Below the pieces are notes generated by a model that ran no database searches, had not been told where the DNA came from, and saw nothing but the letters and a program-made list of their open reading frames with translations. DNA of 64,000 nt from a virus: IMG/VR virus record IMGVR_UViG_3300030419_005541, positions 32,001 through 96,000 of that record. The stretch is one strand, 5' to 3'. Every line of letters starts with the position of its first letter. Position 1 is the stretch's first letter. Of the stretch, positions 40,301-49,988 are shown piece after piece. A program made the translations under genes and the position numbers.

Positions 40301-40487
40301 TGCTATCGATGAAGGTTGGGGAACAATGGATAGTGAGAATTTAAACTCAGTATATAATTTATTTCAATTCTTAAAATCACAATTCAAATTTACTATGATT
40401 ATCTCACATATAGACACTATGAGAGATGCAGTTGATACATTACTCGATATTAAAAAAGTAGACGGATTTAGTTCAGTTTCTTCATAG
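37365..40487 (+). CDS. Fused SbcD/Mre11 nuclease and SbcC/Rad50 ATPase (gp47-gp46-like)
   Basis: GGD, GNHD, HG, LGDIH; Walker A NASGKS; coiled coil with CEYC hook; SSGME; IDEG; ISH. Confidence 0.92.
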   Translation: MDKLKYIHHISDIQIRNLKRHKEYNEVFERTYREIEKYKDDAVVYIGGDIAHSKTDMSPELIKMLSDLFVNLADICPTILIAGNHDCNLNNLNRLDVLSPIVDNLKHPNLLYYKKGGIYPYADVNFVVWDVWDNPKNYLQAKDVPGDNKILLFHGTVDKSETDLGFKLPSDVKMSQMKGYDLVLLGDIHKRQFMNKAKTIAYCGSLVQQNHGEELGHGYLRWDVPTRKSTYVEIPNDYGYYTLDIDKGKVPDVTDMPKKARLRLRVKDTTSTNLKKAMKQIRDKYGIEEMTVTRTDRLLAEDKVRSDVINIGDVHDENYRFSLIDEYLKNNFMIDDDMSVGVSKINKYLQDYLKSSDVTRNLRWKLKKFEFSNMFSYGENNSVDFSKLNGIVGLFALNASGKSSLLDALTFCLYDKSSRAPRAKNVLNNKKETFHCKAELEIDGKPYFIERKAKLIKRTQHVKVDVDFWTVDDGGEKVSLNDEQRRTTDVNIRKYIGTYDDFILTSMSLQNNNTVFIDKTQKERKELMAQFMGLGVFDELYVLANQEVNEIQAILKEFEKSDYDVELSDIEKESKQYKKDLVDVEKNIVDLEKDLTDKEQELLSFTKQLKNIDETLDIKELEKEYEKVSEELDSVDEEHADANDKIEWVDNTIDNLESDLEDIGADDVETQFNKLSNLKSQKHEIKVEIDKLKIDVQNKLDKIKKLGDLQYDPDCEYCMDNVFVKDAIKTQQDLQTDKEISDELVKKFDDVEQQIDKLTEYEDKKDSLDKIVIELNQFRDSSKDLENKVSILSERITSLSGAKEVLDEKIEKYYKLESDMVFNEKINDKIEDAENDLANWRKSIKILLSGKSDMVSAIARLDSKKETIDENIKKIKKLESRYSAYKYFIEAVQRDGVPYELISKALPVVEGAVNDILAQIVDFQILFEMDGKNINCHIVYDEDNVWPLELSSGMERFISSLAIRVGLINVSNLPASDFLAIDEGWGTMDSENLNSVYNLFQFLKSQFKFTMIISHIDTMRDAVDTLLDIKKVDGFSSVSS

Positions 40488-40491
40488 CCTT

Positions 40492-40499
40492 ATATTTAT
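40492..40499 (+). promoter_or_regulatory. Putative late promoter ATATTTAT
   Basis: Intergenic, before tail fibre gene. Confidence 0.5.
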
Positions 40500-40542
40500 A
40501 TAAAACGAAGAGTACCTTTCGGGAGGAAAACGTTTAGATATT

Positions 40543-43500
40543 ATGGCCATTAAAAGAAGAAAAAATAAATTACAAGACCTCGCCGCTTCAGGCATAGTAA
40601 CAAATAGAGTATCAGGTTCTATACCATTTGAGTATGAAGGACCAAATTCACCTTTATTTACAATATCTGAAATACCTCCTTCTGTACCTCAAGGTAAATC
40701 ATCATTTCTTATAGCAGGTACCGAATTACTAAAAAATAGTATAGAAGTCAAGATAGAAATTATTGATAGTGAAGGTGGTGTTATCTACACCGAACCTGTT
40801 GCTAATTATCTTGAAGGTAATGCACGTAGAGTTTCAATAGAAGTCTATGATGATACACCGCCTGGTCCTGCAAATCTTTATGTTTTAGCACAAGTAGACC
40901 CTGAAGAATGGGAAGACGAAACAGGTACAGATGTAACAAATTTTCCATCACCAAGACCTTTACGAGCAAAAGGTAAACGAAGAAAGAAAAGAAGAAGAGA
41001 CAGAGAAAAACGTAAACAAATGAGAGGGATGCCTCGATTTGATGTACCAAGAAGAGGAGGCGGAGGTAGATTTTTTGTAAATCCTAATTTTAGACCACCA
41101 CCAGGAAACGATACAAGATTTAGAAGGAGAAGAGGCAGAAGAAGACGAGGTACGACTTCTGATATTTCAGACCAATATAATTTTATACAAAAAGTACAAA
41201 TGCAAATTGTACCGACTGCTACTAATACAGAAAAGATTTTATTTTATCAAGAACCGAGACTTAGAGTATTTGAAGCATTTAAACCATTTGTATCTAATAT
41301 AGCACCTTCTGCTTCTATAACATCAACAGGTTTTGGTATTACAGGAACGGTTATACAAGATACACAAGGTTCAGCTGCTGCTTCTTCGCTCGATACTTTT
41401 GGCGCGGCTATAAATACCTTTCGTAAAAAACGAAAGTTTAGAAAGTTTGCAGTTAAAGGTGGTTTAAGTAAACGTAAAAGAATAACAAGAAGAGCTTCAC
41501 CTGAAGTAGATAACTATTCTCTTAATGTAGGAAATAATTTTAATTTTACTTCAGAACACGTAGGAGCAGATTTAACTTTAACAAGTATTTCTGTTGACCA
41601 AAATGAATTTCCCGCATCAAGATTTAAAGCAGATAGTTCAGGTACAGAAGTAGCTAATTCTACAGCTTCATTTGAAGTACGAAAAGTAAAAAATAGTTTT
41701 ACTATAATACCTGATAAATCTTTTCAATTATTTGATAATCAATTATCACAACTTGTTGACGCACCATTAACAAACGCTTCGTTTAGTTTAGAATTTCCAA
41801 ATCCTGTAACACAATCAATATCTATTACTAACTTTAGAAGTTATGCAGATGTACGTGTTTCAAACATAAGAACTTTTTCAGGTGATGTTTTTAGAGCAAA
41901 GATTTATAGAAAGTCTGAAGAAAGTATAAGTGACTATGAATTATTTGCAGATTTACCATTAGAATCTTCTGAGTTACTTTTAAATAAGAATGAAGGTACA
42001 GGTCTTGAAAGAACAGGATATTTTGTAACACAATCAGACGCAGTTGATTATTGGGAGGTTAGTCAAAGTTACCAAGGACTAACAGGTCTTGCCGCTACCG
42101 CATCTGCTAAATATGATATAGATAAAATAATGGATGCTATTCATATTTCAGGTTCTAACTATGAAGAAAATGATTTTGTAAAATTTACACTTAAAAAATC
42201 ACATTCGTTTATTCTTGAAAAAGATGTTGATTATGATTTCTCTGCAGAAATATATGGTATAGCTAAACCAAAAATTGTAACACCGGAAGAAGGACCTGCT
42301 GTAACAAAGAGTATGGCAGAAATGGAAGTTTTTATAAGTGGTTCTAATATTCCTGCACAACAAGGAAACGAACCATTTGGTGCTAAAATTGGTGCGCTAA
42401 GAATTAATGATGGTTCTTTAGAAAAAGATTTTGGAATAGTTACAGGTGATTTTGAATCAACTGCAAATAGTTCAAATTGTATTATAACATTTAAAGTAAA
42501 TGCGGGTCAATTTTATTTATCTGATTTAAGTATAAGACCTGCAACTGAAACAGGTTTCTCTCCTGACTTATTTACGTTTCAAGCACCGATGCCTGAAAAC
42601 GAACAACGACCTGAAACATATGAATTTTTAGCAGAGTTCTATGATGTAAATAATAATCAAGCAGACGCTTTTGCATTTACACCATCAGGTTCAGTATTTC
42701 AAGGTAGTAATATGGTTATTGGTGGTGGCGATAACGTTATGGAAAGTAACTTATTCATTGGAGGAGAAACTACTGCGAGTGGTATGCACTTAGGTGGTGT
42801 TAAATCAACGGTACCTGAACAAGGTGGAGTATCAGGCGCTGAAGGTTCTGCATTTATGCGTTCAGTTGGTTACACAGGATTCACAAGTGCATCAGTAGCA
42901 GGTAAAGGCGGTAAGCCTGGTTTTATGTTCTATAGTGGTTCTATATTACCGAGTAGTGGCGATAACTATAAAGGTGTGGGACTTGAGTTAGTTGGTGAAA
43001 GTGGTTCATTACGATTTGGTACAAATCCAAGTAGATTTGAAGTTAAAGCAGATGCGTTCTTTGTTGGAAGACGACATCAAGATTCTTCAACAGGTATAGG
43101 ACAATTTATATCAGGTGCGCTTGGTAACGTAGAAATAAGTTCAAGTAACTTTCATTTAACACGAGCCGGTGATGTTACGATGCAAGGAACTATAACTGCT
43201 ACCGCAGGTGCTATAGGTGGTTTTGGTATTTCTGCACAAACGATAAGTAGTTCTAATAATAATTTAATATTAAGAAGTACAGGAGAAATAACAGGTTCAG
43301 AAGTTTTATTTACAGGCGGTAAGATAGCTTCGTTTGAAATATCTGATAGCGTATTAAAAAACGGAAATAATTTTTTTATAAGTGGTTCTGCTACAGGAAA
43401 TAAATTTTTCATATCATCATCAAACTTTAATGTTAAAGCAAGTGGTGATGTAACAGGTTCAAACGTTTTATTTGAAGGCGGTACGATTGGTGGACTCACA

Positions 43501-46500
43501 ATAGCAGGTGATAATTTATCTGCAGGTACAAGTTATAAAATTTCTTCTTCTCAAGATGTTAATGATGACGTTTCATTTATATCATCTTCTGAATTTAAAG
43601 TTTCTGCAGATGGTAGAATAACAGGTTCACAAGTTAAGTTTGATGGCGGAACTATAGCAGGATGGAATATAAACTCAGACAATTTACAAGGTGGTAGTTT
43701 AATTCTTAGTAAAGATGGTTCTATGCGTTCTTCAAATTATGTTACTGATTTTTCAGGTTGGATAATATCTGCTGAAGATAATGGATTTGCAGAATTTGAA
43801 AACGTTAAAGTAAGAGGTACACTCGCAACAACTACATTTGAAAAAGAAACCGTAAATGCTGTTGGTGGACAATTATTTGTAGCTAATTCTACTACTATAA
43901 CAGGTTCAGCAGTAGGAGCTTCTGACACTACAATGAGTGTTGAGAATATGTCCGGATTTGCTAATGGTGAAGTTTTAATTGCAAAGAAAGTAACTAATAC
44001 AGGATTTACTACAGAGTACATAAAAGTTAATAGTGCTTCTTTTGATGGTGATGTATCTAAAGATGAATTTTATGGTAGAATTATGGTTGACAGAGGTATT
44101 GGTCAATCACCACCCGCAGGAACTGATAGTGGTTCAGTAGGTGATACACCAGGAGCCGGAGTAGCTTATGAACCAGGTCAAGTATTAGCATCAACAGGAA
44201 AAATAGGTACAGGATACATACGAATAAATGCTAATCCAAATAATTCAGCTACTCCATATATTGATATAGTAGAAAGAACAGGTTCAGGTCCTTATGATGT
44301 TGAGTTAAAAGCAAGACTCGGTGACTTGAGTGGTGTAGCAGGTACACGAAATGTTCCTCTAAACTTTGATGGTTTTGGATTGATGAGTGAAGTTGCTTTC
44401 TTATCAGGTTCTCAAATAAAATTAGAAGCACCTGCATTTATACTTGGTGACCAAAATAAAACTTTTGTAAGTGGTTCTGAAGGTAACATAGAAATAAGTT
44501 CATCTGCATTTCATTTGAAACAAGATGGTCAATTATTATTTGGAGATAAAGCCGGAAACAAATACATTGAATGGGATAATTCAAATCTTGTCGTTAGAGG
44601 AGATTTATCAGTAGATAATATACAAACACCTGCGCAAATAGAAAATTCACCGTCTACATTAGCAAATGCGTCTGCTTCTATTACATCACAAGGTTTTGCA
44701 AAATTTGCTTCAGCATCAATAGCAGGATTTGAAATTTCACCAACAGAGATAGCTTCTTCAAATCAAAATATTAGAATGAAAGCCGCAGGAAATATGACAG
44801 CATCTGCAGTTGATGTTAAAGGTGATATAAAAGCAAACACAGGATTTTTGCAAGACATATCTGTTTCAGGTGTAAGAATACCTCCTGAAAATGAGACTAC
44901 AGAATTAAGACACGATTTCAGCCAAGCCGCATCTGCAGAAAATTTTGGACCACGTTCTTCATCTCTCGGAAATGTACACGATGATGTTGCAACAGGTAGA
45001 CCATATGCTGTTGAAAATTGGTGGAGCGGAGATGACACAACAGCGCAAGGAGGAGACGGAACTACAAGATTGATTCCAAACACTACAGGAAGACCGCACG
45101 AAGATTTTTCTAATTGGGGTTGGAAATTTAAATTATGTAGATATACGAATAAAAGCATCGCGGGCGCTATAGGCTCAGATAGCAATGCGAATGACCCGGG
45201 TTGGGAATTATTAGAATCTGTGCAACAGAGTGGCGCATATAAATGGTCTGAATTAAATGATTTAGGTTTTAGTCTATCTTGGGGCCACACATTAGCATCA
45301 CCCGGATATGACGGCCCAAAAGATGAAGCCGGAAACACCGTTTCATCAGTAGGGATAGCATATTATCCCCAAGACAGGTACCCAGGTCCAACAGATAGTG
45401 CAGTTTGGAATAAATCTACAGGTGTGTCAAACGTTAATCATCGTATACCTCCTATAGTAGGCGGTACAGCTACATCTTTATTTGACCCTGAATCAAGATT
45501 TGTAGGATTTGATAATTATCCACAAAATAGTTTTAATATTCATCCTGATTCAGGTAGTTCAAACTTTTCACCTGTATTCTGTTTCTATACAGGAAGTGGA
45601 CTCATATCTACATATCTCGACCAAGATGGCGGAAATCAAATCATAGCTAACGGTGATTTAGGTACCGGCGGTACAACTCACGATGCTATACATCATTGTA
45701 CTTTTATAAGTCCGATGATAGAACAACAAGAATTTCTATCTGATGGGGCGACTATAGAATTGCACGGAGCTCCTTTAATAAAATATACAGGTGTTTCTAA
45801 CGTCAGTACTATGACACGAGACCAATATGAAAGATACATAGCTACCTCTGAAGTAACGTTTGAAATGCTAATTGTAGAAAGAATATATACAGGTTCCGGT
45901 TATACGGCCCATAAGAGGGGTATTGTTTCAAAGCCACTTTTACCAAACTCTTATCAGTATTCTGATGGAGATACAGCAGACCATTGGTCCGGTCAAACAT
46001 CAGGTCATCTATTTTTTGGATGGACTAAGCTAAGTATGGATTTAACTGAAATTTTAAAAACCGAATTTACCTCCAATAGTAATAGATTTCAAATAGTTAT
46101 TAATTTTTCATTTGAATTTGATAAAGGTCCTATGCAAGATGCAGGTTATGCTTGGGATAATTTACCTAACGGACTCAAAGGTTTCGCTATGTCGGAACTC
46201 AGAATTACAAAAAATGTAAATACTTCTACTTCTTGGGAGATAGCTAATGTAAAAGGCGCTAATTCTGTATCAGCAGGAAATTCTATTCATCTTGGAACTG
46301 ATGATAGCTCCGGATTTAACTTTAGAGCATACTATTCTACAAAAGGGAATCCTTCAACAAGTAAATATTTTAACATCACCTCAGGTGGTTCATCTACAAC
46401 AATAGGTAGTGAGAATATGGTAGCAGGAAGCTCAACCGGACAAGTATACCACAATGATGTAGCTAGGATTCTCTTTTCACCAAACGGCAATCCTGATTTA

Positions 46501-47142
46501 GGTTCCTATAGATGGTCATTGTCTGCAATCCAAAACTCTGGTATGATTCGATGGCAAGGACCTCATACTCATACCAATCCAAGTTCCGTAAATGATTATC
46601 TCACTTTTATAACAGCAGATTATCCGGTATATGTAAATTCTGCAAAAGGCGCAACTTATGTTAATGCACAAATGGCAGATTTAGATTTTATAGCCAGCGG
46701 GGATGGAGAGCGATTTCTTTTAAATGTTGATGCTTCAACAGATAGAGTTGGAATAAAAACTGAAGAACCTGCGTATGTATTAGATGTAACAGGTGCTATA
46801 CGGGCTACGGCAAATATCACAGCATATTCAGATATAAGAATAAAAGAAAATATAAGACCAATCGAAGATGCGTTGTTTAAAGTTACTCAACTCGAAGGTG
46901 TAACTTATGATAGAAAAGATGAAGATGAGATAGAAGATATTAACGGTAAACAAATGGGTTTAATAGCACAACAAGTAGAACCTATTGTACCTGAAGTTGT
47001 TGAAATTGATAAAGAAGGTATGTATAATCTAAGTTATGGAAATTTAGCCGGACTATTTGTAGAATCCATAAAAGAATTAAAACAAGAAGTAGATGATTTG
47101 AAGAAAGAAATTCAGGAGTTAAAGAATGGCAATTCCAAGTAG
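40543..47142 (+). CDS. Tail fibre/spike with C-terminal S74 intramolecular chaperone
   Basis: G-x-I-G/A-G-F beta repeats; YSDIRIKENI...GLIAQQVE...PEVV...coiled coil. Confidence 0.88.
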   Translation: MAIKRRKNKLQDLAASGIVTNRVSGSIPFEYEGPNSPLFTISEIPPSVPQGKSSFLIAGTELLKNSIEVKIEIIDSEGGVIYTEPVANYLEGNARRVSIEVYDDTPPGPANLYVLAQVDPEEWEDETGTDVTNFPSPRPLRAKGKRRKKRRRDREKRKQMRGMPRFDVPRRGGGGRFFVNPNFRPPPGNDTRFRRRRGRRRRGTTSDISDQYNFIQKVQMQIVPTATNTEKILFYQEPRLRVFEAFKPFVSNIAPSASITSTGFGITGTVIQDTQGSAAASSLDTFGAAINTFRKKRKFRKFAVKGGLSKRKRITRRASPEVDNYSLNVGNNFNFTSEHVGADLTLTSISVDQNEFPASRFKADSSGTEVANSTASFEVRKVKNSFTIIPDKSFQLFDNQLSQLVDAPLTNASFSLEFPNPVTQSISITNFRSYADVRVSNIRTFSGDVFRAKIYRKSEESISDYELFADLPLESSELLLNKNEGTGLERTGYFVTQSDAVDYWEVSQSYQGLTGLAATASAKYDIDKIMDAIHISGSNYEENDFVKFTLKKSHSFILEKDVDYDFSAEIYGIAKPKIVTPEEGPAVTKSMAEMEVFISGSNIPAQQGNEPFGAKIGALRINDGSLEKDFGIVTGDFESTANSSNCIITFKVNAGQFYLSDLSIRPATETGFSPDLFTFQAPMPENEQRPETYEFLAEFYDVNNNQADAFAFTPSGSVFQGSNMVIGGGDNVMESNLFIGGETTASGMHLGGVKSTVPEQGGVSGAEGSAFMRSVGYTGFTSASVAGKGGKPGFMFYSGSILPSSGDNYKGVGLELVGESGSLRFGTNPSRFEVKADAFFVGRRHQDSSTGIGQFISGALGNVEISSSNFHLTRAGDVTMQGTITATAGAIGGFGISAQTISSSNNNLILRSTGEITGSEVLFTGGKIASFEISDSVLKNGNNFFISGSATGNKFFISSSNFNVKASGDVTGSNVLFEGGTIGGLTIAGDNLSAGTSYKISSSQDVNDDVSFISSSEFKVSADGRITGSQVKFDGGTIAGWNINSDNLQGGSLILSKDGSMRSSNYVTDFSGWIISAEDNGFAEFENVKVRGTLATTTFEKETVNAVGGQLFVANSTTITGSAVGASDTTMSVENMSGFANGEVLIAKKVTNTGFTTEYIKVNSASFDGDVSKDEFYGRIMVDRGIGQSPPAGTDSGSVGDTPGAGVAYEPGQVLASTGKIGTGYIRINANPNNSATPYIDIVERTGSGPYDVELKARLGDLSGVAGTRNVPLNFDGFGLMSEVAFLSGSQIKLEAPAFILGDQNKTFVSGSEGNIEISSSAFHLKQDGQLLFGDKAGNKYIEWDNSNLVVRGDLSVDNIQTPAQIENSPSTLANASASITSQGFAKFASASIAGFEISPTEIASSNQNIRMKAAGNMTASAVDVKGDIKANTGFLQDISVSGVRIPPENETTELRHDFSQAASAENFGPRSSSLGNVHDDVATGRPYAVENWWSGDDTTAQGGDGTTRLIPNTTGRPHEDFSNWGWKFKLCRYTNKSIAGAIGSDSNANDPGWELLESVQQSGAYKWSELNDLGFSLSWGHTLASPGYDGPKDEAGNTVSSVGIAYYPQDRYPGPTDSAVWNKSTGVSNVNHRIPPIVGGTATSLFDPESRFVGFDNYPQNSFNIHPDSGSSNFSPVFCFYTGSGLISTYLDQDGGNQIIANGDLGTGGTTHDAIHHCTFISPMIEQQEFLSDGATIELHGAPLIKYTGVSNVSTMTRDQYERYIATSEVTFEMLIVERIYTGSGYTAHKRGIVSKPLLPNSYQYSDGDTADHWSGQTSGHLFFGWTKLSMDLTEILKTEFTSNSNRFQIVINFSFEFDKGPMQDAGYAWDNLPNGLKGFAMSELRITKNVNTSTSWEIANVKGANSVSAGNSIHLGTDDSSGFNFRAYYSTKGNPSTSKYFNITSGGSSTTIGSENMVAGSSTGQVYHNDVARILFSPNGNPDLGSYRWSLSAIQNSGMIRWQGPHTHTNPSSVNDYLTFITADYPVYVNSAKGATYVNAQMADLDFIASGDGERFLLNVDASTDRVGIKTEEPAYVLDVTGAIRATANITAYSDIRIKENIRPIEDALFKVTQLEGVTYDRKDEDEIEDINGKQMGLIAQQVEPIVPEVVEIDKEGMYNLSYGNLAGLFVESIKELKQEVDDLKKEIQELKNGNSK

Positions 47143-48214
47143 CGGTGAGTTAACAATGGGAAATATAAACGGAGAACATACTACAGGTAATTATAGTACT
47201 TTAGTTGAAACTACGGTTGATTTACAAGCTTTATCTACAGAAGCAGCTGCTACTTGGGATGATGGTCCTGATGGTTCTGAACCACACGCGATGGGTGAAT
47301 TTTATAGTTTATCTAAATCAGGTTGTTTTGTAAAAGGAACTAAAGTATTGATGGCAGACAATACCACTAAAAACATAGAAGATGTAGTTGTTGGAGATGT
47401 AGTTCAAACTATTGATAGCAATCAAAAAGTAAAAAAAGTACTTTCACATCCTGCTACTAATAGATTGTATAGTATAAATGGAAGTGTTGGATTTGTTACA
47501 AGTAATCATCCATTTTATACAAAAAATGGTTGGAAGATAATTGATATAGAAGCGCGTGATGAGAGACAGCATTATGTTGAAAAACAACCTTTGACTATTG
47601 GTGATTTTGTAAGAACAGATAAGGGTTGGGTAGAGATAACAAGTATCATTTGTGAAAGAGACGGGAATTCTGATGAATTGTTTTATAACCTATCTATTGA
47701 AAACACAAAATCATATTATGCGGATGGATTTTTAGTACATAATAAATGTTTTGTCGGTAATACATTAATTAATATGGCAGACGGAACACAGAAGACAATA
47801 GATAAAATTGTTGTAGGAGATATGGTAGATACTATTTCAGGTTCACAAGAAGTGACACGAGTAGAATCGCCAACACATAATAATCTTGTAGAGTATGTTA
47901 CTGAGAGACATATAACAAGATGTACAGACGACCATCCTTTTTGGTCTTATGATAAACAAAGTTGGGTTTCTAATAATCCCTCTGCTTCAATTTCATCATA
48001 CGGAATTTCTTGTGAACAGGTTACTACAGGTTCGTTTTTTCAATTACCTGGAATAGGACCATATGCGGCAAATAATTCCCCAGGTTTAGATAATTTTCCC
48101 TTTTATACGTTATATAAAATTAATGATGTTACAGGTTCATTTCAAACTTATACTTTTAGTACAGATTCTCAAACCTATTATGCTGATAATAAATTAGTAC
48201 ATAGTGAGATTTAA
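47126..48214 (+). CDS. Small tail-associated domain fused to two tandem Hint (intein-like) domains
   Basis: G|CFVKGT...TSNHPF...LVHN-K-CFVGNT...TDDHPF...LVHS. Confidence 0.85.
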   Translation: MAIPSSGELTMGNINGEHTTGNYSTLVETTVDLQALSTEAAATWDDGPDGSEPHAMGEFYSLSKSGCFVKGTKVLMADNTTKNIEDVVVGDVVQTIDSNQKVKKVLSHPATNRLYSINGSVGFVTSNHPFYTKNGWKIIDIEARDERQHYVEKQPLTIGDFVRTDKGWVEITSIICERDGNSDELFYNLSIENTKSYYADGFLVHNKCFVGNTLINMADGTQKTIDKIVVGDMVDTISGSQEVTRVESPTHNNLVEYVTERHITRCTDDHPFWSYDKQSWVSNNPSASISSYGISCEQVTTGSFFQLPGIGPYAANNSPGLDNFPFYTLYKINDVTGSFQTYTFSTDSQTYYADNKLVHSEI

Positions 48215-48228
48215 TTTAGGAGAAAACA

Positions 48229-48705
48229 ATGTTAGTAGAATTTAAAGAAATAATAGAAGCAGTATTACATCACGAAGGTGGATACGTAAACGACCCTAAA
48301 GACCCGGGTGGTGAAACTAAATATGGTGTATCTCGTAAGGCATATCCTGATTTAGACATAAAAAACTTAACTTTAGACGATGCGGTTGATATTTATAAGA
48401 GAGACTATTGGGACAAGGCTAAAGTTGAAAAACTAAAGCCGGACCTAAGACACATATATTTCGATATGGTAGTAAATATGGGGCGTAGTCGAGCTGTAAA
48501 AGTTTTACAGCAAACAGCCAACTCAAAGGGGAGGACCCTAAAAATCGATGGTGGTCTCGGACCAAAAACCCTCGAGGCTCTACAAGACGTAAAGTTGGAA
48601 CGAGCAAGATGTTACAGAGTGAAATATTATTGTGATTTAGTCTCAAGAAAACCGGATTTAGAAAAATTCTTGTACGGATGGTTTCGCCGAAGTCTTGAAG
48701 TATAA
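48229..48705 (+). CDS. GH108 endolysin
   Basis: HEGGYVNDPKDPGGETKYG; DGGLGPKT; GWFRR. Confidence 0.92.
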   Translation: MLVEFKEIIEAVLHHEGGYVNDPKDPGGETKYGVSRKAYPDLDIKNLTLDDAVDIYKRDYWDKAKVEKLKPDLRHIYFDMVVNMGRSRAVKVLQQTANSKGRTLKIDGGLGPKTLEALQDVKLERARCYRVKYYCDLVSRKPDLEKFLYGWFRRSLEV

Positions 48706-48717
48706 TTTCACACCCTT

Positions 48718-48725
48718 ATATTTAT
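48718..48725 (+). promoter_or_regulatory. Putative late promoter ATATTTAT
   Basis: Intergenic recurrent motif. Confidence 0.45.
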
Positions 48726-48753
48726 TATTGTGTAACAAGATATTGGTATATTT

Positions 48754-49644
48754 ATGGTTAAATTAAAAGAACTAATAGAAGCGACTAAATCAGATAATAG
48801 TCCTGGACCTAAAGGATATGCTCCTTTTGTAACACCTGAAAAATTCAAACAATATAAAGCATACCTCAAACGTATTTTTGAGACAAGTGGTATGAAGTTG
48901 ATTAATGAAGGTGTTGATGATAAAGGTATTTTGAAAGCAATCTTTTTAGCAGGTGGTCCTGGCTCAGGTAAAACTTGGGTTACACGAGGATTATATGGTA
49001 TACCAAGTAAAATGAACTTTTCTGTTGGTGGTCTTAAACTTGTCAATCAAGATACTGAATTAGAATTTTTATTAAAGAAGTATTTCGGAACTACTGATTT
49101 AGATAATATGCCTGAAGAATTATTTGCAGATATAACAGGTGTAGACTTCAAAGGTAAAGAAGTTGATATGAATAGTGGTATGAGAGCATACGCTAAATCA
49201 TTAACTAAAGCAAGAATGGAAAGTTATGTTCGTGGTCGTTTAGGAGTTATCGTAGATGGTACAGGACACAAATATCAATCTATAGCAGGAAAAAAACAAA
49301 AGATGGAAGATTTAGGATATGATTGTTATATGGTATTTGTCAATACATCTTTAGAAATAGCACTACAAAGAAACTCTGAAAGAGATAGAGTAGTACCTGA
49401 AAAAATTGTACGTGATAGTTGGCACGATGTTCAACAAAACTTAGGTGGATTTCAAAGATTATTTGGTCGTAACTTTTTAATTGTTGACAATAGTAAGACA
49501 CTTGATGAAGACGAAGCACAGAAAAAATTTGATTCATTAGTAAAACAAGGTGTAAACAAATTTATGAAAGCACCTGTTAAAAATAGAATTGGTATTAATT
49601 GGATAAAAAGAGCGAGACTACTAAAAAAACAGGGAATAAAATGA
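48754..49644 (+). CDS. P-loop kinase (zeta-toxin/PNK-like)
   Basis: GGPGSGKT, IVDGT, ALQRNSERDR; MVKLKELIE leader. Confidence 0.8.
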   Translation: MVKLKELIEATKSDNSPGPKGYAPFVTPEKFKQYKAYLKRIFETSGMKLINEGVDDKGILKAIFLAGGPGSGKTWVTRGLYGIPSKMNFSVGGLKLVNQDTELEFLLKKYFGTTDLDNMPEELFADITGVDFKGKEVDMNSGMRAYAKSLTKARMESYVRGRLGVIVDGTGHKYQSIAGKKQKMEDLGYDCYMVFVNTSLEIALQRNSERDRVVPEKIVRDSWHDVQQNLGGFQRLFGRNFLIVDNSKTLDEDEAQKKFDSLVKQGVNKFMKAPVKNRIGINWIKRARLLKKQGIK

Positions 49645-49988
49645 CACGTAATGAAGCAATACAATTAATTAAACAAAATCTTTGTATTGAATGTGGACAT
49701 CCTGTAAACGAAGATTTAAGAAAATGGTTCAAACAGAAATGGGTGAACATTGGTAAAAAAGATAAATCAGGAAAACATCCTGAATGTGGAACGAGCGGCG
49801 AGAAACGTGGATACGCTAAATGTGTACCAGCAAGTAAAGCAGCTTCGATGAGTAAGAAAGAAAAAGAAAGTGCAACACGTAGAAAACGAGCAGCACAAAA
49901 TAAAGCAAACAGAGGTGGTAGAGGAAAAAAAGGTGCTGGTGCGCAAGGTAAAAAACCAATAAGAGTTTCTACTAAACCAAAGAAGTGA
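49641..49988 (+). CDS. Basic phage hypothetical protein
   Basis: VNE|DLRKWFKQKWV...CG...KCVP. Confidence 0.65.
   Translation: MTRNEAIQLIKQNLCIECGHPVNEDLRKWFKQKWVNIGKKDKSGKHPECGTSGEKRGYAKCVPASKAASMSKKEKESATRRKRAAQNKANRGGRGKKGAGAQGKKPIRVSTKPKK

Noticed and set aside
47324-48214. Mobile intein with homing endonuclease
   Set aside because: Both Hint domains are minimal, with no LAGLIDADG motifs and no conserved host protein interrupted
48754-49644. Zeta/epsilon toxin-antitoxin module
   Set aside because: No adjacent antitoxin-like gene; leader motif and context indicate a phage late kinase
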